NCBI GenBank assembly: GCA_900550455.1
Contig: URSE01000001.1
Span: 1,001 to 65,000 of the forward strand
Length of the DNA stretch: 64,000 bases
Direction: 5' to 3'
Source: an uncultured Veillonella sp.
GTDB taxonomy: Bacteria > Bacillota > Negativicutes > Veillonellales > Veillonellaceae
Positions within the stretch are counted from its first letter, which is position 1, and every line of letters begins with the position of its first letter. The notes under the pieces are model-generated. The model did no database searches, was not told where the DNA came from, and saw only the letters and a program-made list of their open reading frames with translations. A program made the translations under genes and the position numbers. Shown in pieces: positions 58,785 to 64,000 of this stretch.

Positions 58785-59603
58785 ATGCATATGACCGTAG
58801 TTGGCATGGAAAATGCAGATGTACAAATTCATAGTTCTGCCAATGTGCATCCCAACGCTAAATTAGGTAAAGATGTTATCATCGGTCCTAATGCAGTCAT
58901 TGGTGAACACGTTGTCATCGGCGATGGCACCAAAATTGGCGCTAATGTAGTCATCGGTGGTTGGACTACAATTGGTAAAGGCTGTGAGATTTTTCCAAAT
59001 GCCTCCATTGGCCTTGAGCCACAGGATTTAAAATTCGTAGGTGAGAAATCCTACTGTACCATTGGCGATGGCACTGTTATTCGCGAATGTGTAACCATCT
59101 CCCGTGCTACTGGGGAAGGAGAAGAAACACGAGTTGGTAATAACTGTTTATTCCAAGCTTGTACCCATGTAGCCCATAATTGCATTGTAGGGAACAATGT
59201 CATTATGTCTAACTTCTCTGGCCTTGCTGGCCATGCTGTCGTAGAAGATCGCGTCGTCATCGGTGGCTTGGCAGGGGTGCATCAATTTGTTAAAATTGGT
59301 CGCAATGCTATGGTTGGTGGTATGGCTAAGATTGTACAAGATGTACCGCCATTTGTGATTGCTGACGGTCAACCTGGCCGGGTTATTGGCCTTAACTCCG
59401 TTGGCATTTCTCGTGCAGGCATTGATGAGAAGGTTCGTCGAGACCTTAAAAAGGCCTTCCGCATCCTCTATCGTTCTGGTTTCTCCTTGGCTAAGGCTAT
59501 CGAAGAAATGGAGCTCAATTTGGATTCTTCCCCTGAAATCGAACATCTCTTACGATTCTTGCGCAATGCAGATCGTGGTATTATGCGTACCCGTCGGGAT
59601 TAA
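58785..59603 (+). CDS. lpxA: UDP-GlcNAc O-acyltransferase
   Basis: Hexapeptide repeats, PQDLKF, HVAHNC, VHQFVKIG and QDVPPF. Confidence 0.96.
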   Translation: MHMTVVGMENADVQIHSSANVHPNAKLGKDVIIGPNAVIGEHVVIGDGTKIGANVVIGGWTTIGKGCEIFPNASIGLEPQDLKFVGEKSYCTIGDGTVIRECVTISRATGEGEETRVGNNCLFQACTHVAHNCIVGNNVIMSNFSGLAGHAVVEDRVVIGGLAGVHQFVKIGRNAMVGGMAKIVQDVPPFVIADGQPGRVIGLNSVGISRAGIDEKVRRDLKKAFRILYRSGFSLAKAIEEMELNLDSSPEIEHLLRFLRNADRGIMRTRRD

Positions 59604-59608
59604 TAGAC

Positions 59609-59644
59609 GACACCTCTTGCTCATGGAGCAGGGGTGTCTTTTTT
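59609..59644 (+). terminator. Intrinsic terminator after lpxA
   Basis: GACACCTCTTGCTC-ATG-GAGCAGGGGTGTC followed by TTTTTT. Confidence 0.85.
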
Positions 59645-59824
59645 CTTAGGATTACTATTAGAATTAATATGAGATTTTAGGAAGGCCTTTAGCAATTTAA
59701 ATGAGGCACTTAAGAGTTTAGATACGCCGTAGTTTTTGATAAAAGAGGGGAATTATAGTAGAATAGAGTGAATGTATATGTGTATTTTTGCGGATGAAAT
59801 CCAGTCATAGACGAGGAGGATAGG

Positions 59825-60643
59825 ATGGCTAAATTAGGTTTGATCGCTGGTATTGGTGTCTTGCCTGTAGAGTTTCTACGGGCGGCCCATGTACTCGGCC
59901 ATCAAGTGGTGGTCATTACCGTAGTTCCTGATGCTAATCCGGCCTTGAAAGAAGAAGCGGATGCCTTTTATGATATTAGCCCACTCAAGGTAGGTAAGAT
60001 CTTTAAGACCCTCAAAAAGGAAGGGGTTACCGATATCACCATGTTGGGTAAGGTGACCAAGGAAGTTCTATATAAGCGTGGCCTTACTATTCCTGATATG
60101 AAAACCCTATCCATCCTCAACTCTCTTAAGAATCGTGAGGATGACACGATTATGTTGGCCATCGTGGATGCCATTGAAAAAGAAGGCTTCCATGTAGTAG
60201 ACCAAACCTTGTATTTAAAGCCCTTTATGCCTTCTGTTGGCGTTTTGACCAAGGCTCAACCGAGCGAAGAGCAAATGAAGGATATCCGTTTTGGATTTAA
60301 GTTGGCTAAGGCCATGGGAGGCTTAGATATAGGTCAAACCGTTGTGGTTAAGAACCAAGCAGCCATGGCTATTGAAGCCATTGAAGGAACGGATAAATGT
60401 ATACGCCGCGGTGGCCTCTTGGGTCAAGGTGGCGCGGTTGTAGTAAAAACAGCCAAACCTGATCAAGATCAGCGCTTCGATGTACCAGCGGTAGGACGCA
60501 CAACCCTTCAATCTATGATTGATAGTGATTGTAGTGTCTTGGCTGTAGAAGCTGATCGGACGGTCTTCGTAGAACAAGCAGTCGTTCTAAACATGGCTAA
60601 TGATAAGGGTATCATCATCTGTGCTGTCAGCGAGGAGGACTAG
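59825..60643 (+). CDS. lpxI: UDP-2,3-diacylglucosamine diphosphatase LpxI
   Basis: LGLIAGIGVLP, LDIGQTVVV, AIEAIEGTD and KPDQDQRFDVP. Confidence 0.93.
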   Translation: MAKLGLIAGIGVLPVEFLRAAHVLGHQVVVITVVPDANPALKEEADAFYDISPLKVGKIFKTLKKEGVTDITMLGKVTKEVLYKRGLTIPDMKTLSILNSLKNREDDTIMLAIVDAIEKEGFHVVDQTLYLKPFMPSVGVLTKAQPSEEQMKDIRFGFKLAKAMGGLDIGQTVVVKNQAAMAIEAIEGTDKCIRRGGLLGQGGAVVVKTAKPDQDQRFDVPAVGRTTLQSMIDSDCSVLAVEADRTVFVEQAVVLNMANDKGIIICAVSEED

Positions 60644-60645
60644 TT

Positions 60646-61791
60646 ATGAAAGTTATGTTCTCTGCCGGTGAAGCGTCTGGTGATGTACACGCAGCTAGTG
60701 TGGCCAAGGCCTTAAAGGAAGCCTATCCAGAGGTAAGTATGCTGGGTATGGGGGGAGACCTCATGAAAGCTGCTGGTGTGGATATTGTATATGACATTAA
60801 GGATTTAGGGGTTATTGGCATCGTTGAAATTATCAAATCCCTGCCTAAATTCTTTAAACTTCGGGCTTATTTGAAGTCCATTATGATTAAGGAAAAACCA
60901 GATGTCTTCGTCTGCGTTGATTATCCGGGCTTTAATATGAAAATGGCTAAGGTTGCCAAAGACTTAGGTATTCCCGTTGTCTACTACATAGCGCCTACCA
61001 TCTGGGCTTGGCATAAGTCTCGTGGGAATGATATTAAAAAGACTGTCACTAAAGTAGCTTCTATTTTTCCCTTTGAAGCAGAGGCTTATAAGGCGTTTGA
61101 CTGCGATGTAGAATTTGTAGGCCATCCTCTTTTAGATATTGTAAAACCTACTATGACCAAGGAAGAGGCCTATAGGACTTTTAATACATCCCATGAAAAT
61201 CACAACCTCTTGCTTATGCCTGGTTCTCGCAAGCAAGAAATATTGACCCTTTTAGATACTATGCTAGAGGCTGTTAAACTCTATATGCAGAGCCATAAGG
61301 CAGAGGAGGGTTACAAACCTCTTAAGATATTCTTGCCACGAGCCCACACTATAGATCGCCAATCTTTGGAAGATTATATAGCTAAGCACAAGGTGCCTGT
61401 GACTATTACAGAAGGGGGCAATTATGACTTGATGCAGATTTGTGATGTCTGCTTAGCTGCATCTGGCACAGCTACCTTAGAAACGGCTCTTATGGATTTG
61501 CCAACCGTCCTCTTGTATAAGATCTCTCCCATCACCTATGGCTTAGGAAAGGTCTTAGTGAACTTAGACTATATTGGCTTGCCTAATATTATTGCTAAGA
61601 AAGAAGTCATTCCAGAGCTCTTACAGGACGATGTAAATCCGCAAACCCTCTTGGATACCTTCACACCACTCCTAGATGATGAAGTAGCCAATGAAGCTAT
61701 GCGGGCTCAGTTAAAACAAGTGCGTGCTGACCTGGGGCAACCAGGGGCGGTTAAACGGGTGGCACAATTGATTGCCAATCTAGCTCAGTAG
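60646..61791 (+). CDS. lpxB: Lipid-A-disaccharide synthase
   Basis: SAGEASGD, VDYPGFN, FVGHPL, MPGSR and SGTATLE. Confidence 0.96.
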   Translation: MKVMFSAGEASGDVHAASVAKALKEAYPEVSMLGMGGDLMKAAGVDIVYDIKDLGVIGIVEIIKSLPKFFKLRAYLKSIMIKEKPDVFVCVDYPGFNMKMAKVAKDLGIPVVYYIAPTIWAWHKSRGNDIKKTVTKVASIFPFEAEAYKAFDCDVEFVGHPLLDIVKPTMTKEEAYRTFNTSHENHNLLLMPGSRKQEILTLLDTMLEAVKLYMQSHKAEEGYKPLKIFLPRAHTIDRQSLEDYIAKHKVPVTITEGGNYDLMQICDVCLAASGTATLETALMDLPTVLLYKISPITYGLGKVLVNLDYIGLPNIIAKKEVIPELLQDDVNPQTLLDTFTPLLDDEVANEAMRAQLKQVRADLGQPGAVKRVAQLIANLAQ

Positions 61792-61799
61792 GAGATTGT

Positions 61800-63533
61800 A
61801 TGAATAATTCTTATAAACGTTTGCTCTTCTTCGTAAGGCCTTACCTCAAGCGCACCGCTTTTTCAGTGGTTTGTATGATTATTGCGGCCTCTGCTTATTT
61901 AGTGGTTCCGTGGCTCATTCAAAATGTGGTGGACAAAGTTCTGATGCAAAAAGAACTGCGTATGCTCAATGCGATTGCCTTTGCTATCTTGGGCCTCTTT
62001 ATTATTCGGGGCTTTGCCTCCTATGGGCAGTCCTATAATATGGCCTGGATAGGAGAGCGTATTATCATTGACGTACGGGCTAAGATCTTTGGTCACTTGC
62101 AAAAGTTGTCCATGTCTTATTTTGATCGCAATAAAACGGGTGTGGTTATGTCTAACCTCACTAATGACGTAGGAGCTGTTAAGTCCGCTATTACAACAGA
62201 TCTTCTGTCCTTTGTTACAGAGGGCGTTACTCTCATTGGGTCGGTTATCGCCATGTTTGCCTTGGACTGGAAACTGACGCTCGTAACATTTGTTTCCGTT
62301 CCGTTAGTTCTGGGTATCATAAATATTTTTGGTAAAAAGTTGCGGGTCGCTGGTCATGATATTCAAGGTCGAGCTGCCGACATTACAGCCCTTCTCCAAG
62401 AGGTTATCTCTGGGGTTCGGGTGGTTAAGTCCTTCGCTCGAGAAGATTATGAAATGACCCGTTTTCTCAAACAGAATGAGCAAAACTTTAGGGCTGCTAT
62501 GGGGGCTACTAAGTTGACCTCCCTCCTAAGTCCTCTCATTGAATTTGCTGCTGCAATTGCAGTGACTATCATCCTTTGGTATGGCGGTTATTCTGTTATC
62601 CATGGTCAATTAACCTCTGGTTCTCTCATTGCCTTCCTCATCTATGCCATTAATCTATCTAATCCAGTTAAGCGCTTGAGTCAGGTTTATGGGTCTATCC
62701 AACGATCCTTGGCCGCTGCGGACCGCCTCTTTGTCATCTTGGACACGCAATCAGATGTGGTGGAAAAAGCGAATGCAAAGGTTCTAAGTCAAGTCAAAGG
62801 CAAGGTAGATTTTACTCATGTGGATTTCTCCTACGATGGAGAAAAGAATGCGCTAACCGACTTTAATCTCTCTGTTGAAGCTGGTCAAATGATTGCTATC
62901 GTAGGGCCTTCTGGGGCAGGTAAAACTACCTTGGCAAACTTATTGCCTCGCTTCTACGATGTGACAGGTGGTGTCATTCACATTGATGGTATCGATATCC
63001 GAGATGTAAGGATTCAATCCCTTCGCCAACATATTGGTCATGTGCCACAAGATACAATGCTCTTCAATACGACGATTCGAGATAATATTCTCTATGGTCG
63101 CCTGGAGGCGAGTCCAGAAGAGGTTTATCAAGCAGCAGAAGCCGCTAATGTCTTGGAATTTATTAAGGGCATGCCAGATGGTTTGGATACCATTGTTGGT
63201 GAACGAGGATCATCTCTTTCTGGTGGTCAACGGCAGCGGGTGGCTATCGCACGGGCGATTCTTAAAAACCCATCCATCCTCATCTTGGATGAAGCGACTT
63301 CTGCCTTGGATACGGAATCTGAAAAATTGGTACAAGAGGCTTTGGACCGGCTTATGAAGGGGCGGACAGCCTTTGTTATTGCCCACCGATTGTCGACGGT
63401 TCAAAATGCGGACAAGATTGTCGTATTAGACCAGGGAAAAATGGTAGAAGAGGGGACTCACGAGGAACTTTTAGCCATCGAGAATGGTCTTTATCGCCAC
63501 TTACACTCCGTTCAATTTGCTGAAAAAGGATAA
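61800..63533 (+). CDS. msbA: Lipid A flippase MsbA-like ABC exporter
   Basis: TMD plus NBD (GPSGAGKT, LSGGQRQR, LDEATSALD). Lies between lpxB and waaA. Confidence 0.9.
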   Translation: MNNSYKRLLFFVRPYLKRTAFSVVCMIIAASAYLVVPWLIQNVVDKVLMQKELRMLNAIAFAILGLFIIRGFASYGQSYNMAWIGERIIIDVRAKIFGHLQKLSMSYFDRNKTGVVMSNLTNDVGAVKSAITTDLLSFVTEGVTLIGSVIAMFALDWKLTLVTFVSVPLVLGIINIFGKKLRVAGHDIQGRAADITALLQEVISGVRVVKSFAREDYEMTRFLKQNEQNFRAAMGATKLTSLLSPLIEFAAAIAVTIILWYGGYSVIHGQLTSGSLIAFLIYAINLSNPVKRLSQVYGSIQRSLAAADRLFVILDTQSDVVEKANAKVLSQVKGKVDFTHVDFSYDGEKNALTDFNLSVEAGQMIAIVGPSGAGKTTLANLLPRFYDVTGGVIHIDGIDIRDVRIQSLRQHIGHVPQDTMLFNTTIRDNILYGRLEASPEEVYQAAEAANVLEFIKGMPDGLDTIVGERGSSLSGGQRQRVAIARAILKNPSILILDEATSALDTESEKLVQEALDRLMKGRTAFVIAHRLSTVQNADKIVVLDQGKMVEEGTHEELLAIENGLYRHLHSVQFAEKG

Positions 63534-63535
63534 TT

Positions 63536-64000
63536 ATGTATTGGATCTATAATGTACTGCTCATCTTTTACTGGATAGGCCTCATTCCGGTTATTCTGTA
63601 TCGATTAACCTTTGAAGAAGGCTTTTATGAGCGTATTAAACAGAGCGCTGGTTATATGCCGGATTCTCTTATGAAAAAAATTGAAGGTCGGCGGGCTATT
63701 TGGGTCCATGCTGCATCGGTAGGAGAAATTGTAGCGACATCCCCCTTGGTTAAGGAAATTAAGCGCGAGTTTCCTGATGCGGTCGTTGTTGTTTCCGTTG
63801 TTACTGCTACGGGTCATGCAATGGCTGAGCGGATTATTCCAGAAGCGGAAGGGATTATTTTCTTCCCGCTAGATTTGCCCGTTTTGACCCGACGTATCTT
63901 ACAAAGTATTAAACCTATATCCATCCTTTTGGTGGAAACAGAAATTTGGCCAAATTTCCTCCGTATCGCAGAAGAATTAAAGATTCCTGTTATGATGGTG
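63536..64000 (+). CDS. waaA: Kdo transferase, 3' truncated by window edge (absent from the ORF track)
   Basis: Manual translation from the ATG at 63536 gives MYWIYN..IWVHAASVGE..TATG..FFPLD..VETEIWPN. Confidence 0.93.
   Translation, partial: MYWIYNVLLIFYWIGLIPVILYRLTFEEGFYERIKQSAGYMPDSLMKKIEGRRAIWVHAASVGEIVATSPLVKEIKREFPDAVVVVSVVTATGHAMAERIIPEAEGIIFFPLDLPVLTRRILQSIKPISILLVETEIWPNFLRIAEELKIPVMMV

Noticed and set aside
1..64000. Mobile elements, prophage, defence systems, tRNA/rRNA genes
   Set aside because: No transposase, integrase, phage, cas or restriction-modification ORFs seen. Intergenic gaps are short and show no tRNA cloverleaf motifs. Composition looks uniform by eye.

Overview
Core-chromosome window of a Negativicutes (diderm Firmicute) bacterium, most likely Veillonella-like. 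The assignment is inferred from Firmicute-type housekeeping genes (divIC-ppx-tilS-hpt-ftsH-birA-coaX-dusB-greA-lysS-serS) lying beside a lipid A and outer-membrane (OM) biogenesis cluster. Nearly all genes are on the + strand. In order: phosphate transport (DUF47, PiT); Rrf2-cydAB-fused cydDC; two membrane hypotheticals; an Opp transporter (oppD frameshifted in a poly-T run) interleaved with three cytoplasmic hydrolases; a YfmM-like ABC-F followed by folEPBK; a deleted bile-acid:Na+ symporter remnant; the housekeeping block; glpX-murA-mbl; and the OM cluster (AMIN/NAGPA-like, lipoyl-like, SpoIVB-like, mlaEFD, tolC, tamB, bamA, three ompH, lpxD, lpxL, lpxC, fabZ, lpxA, lpxI, lpxB, msbA, waaA truncated). 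I saw no rRNA, tRNA, CRISPR array, IS or prophage. The best candidate for an undescribed system is the three-gene exported module at the head of the OM operon: a degenerate NAGPA-like protein, a lysine-less lipoyl domain and a circularly permuted SpoIVB protease. The second candidate is a putative muropeptide salvage cluster. All calls come from reading motifs by eye; no database searches were run.
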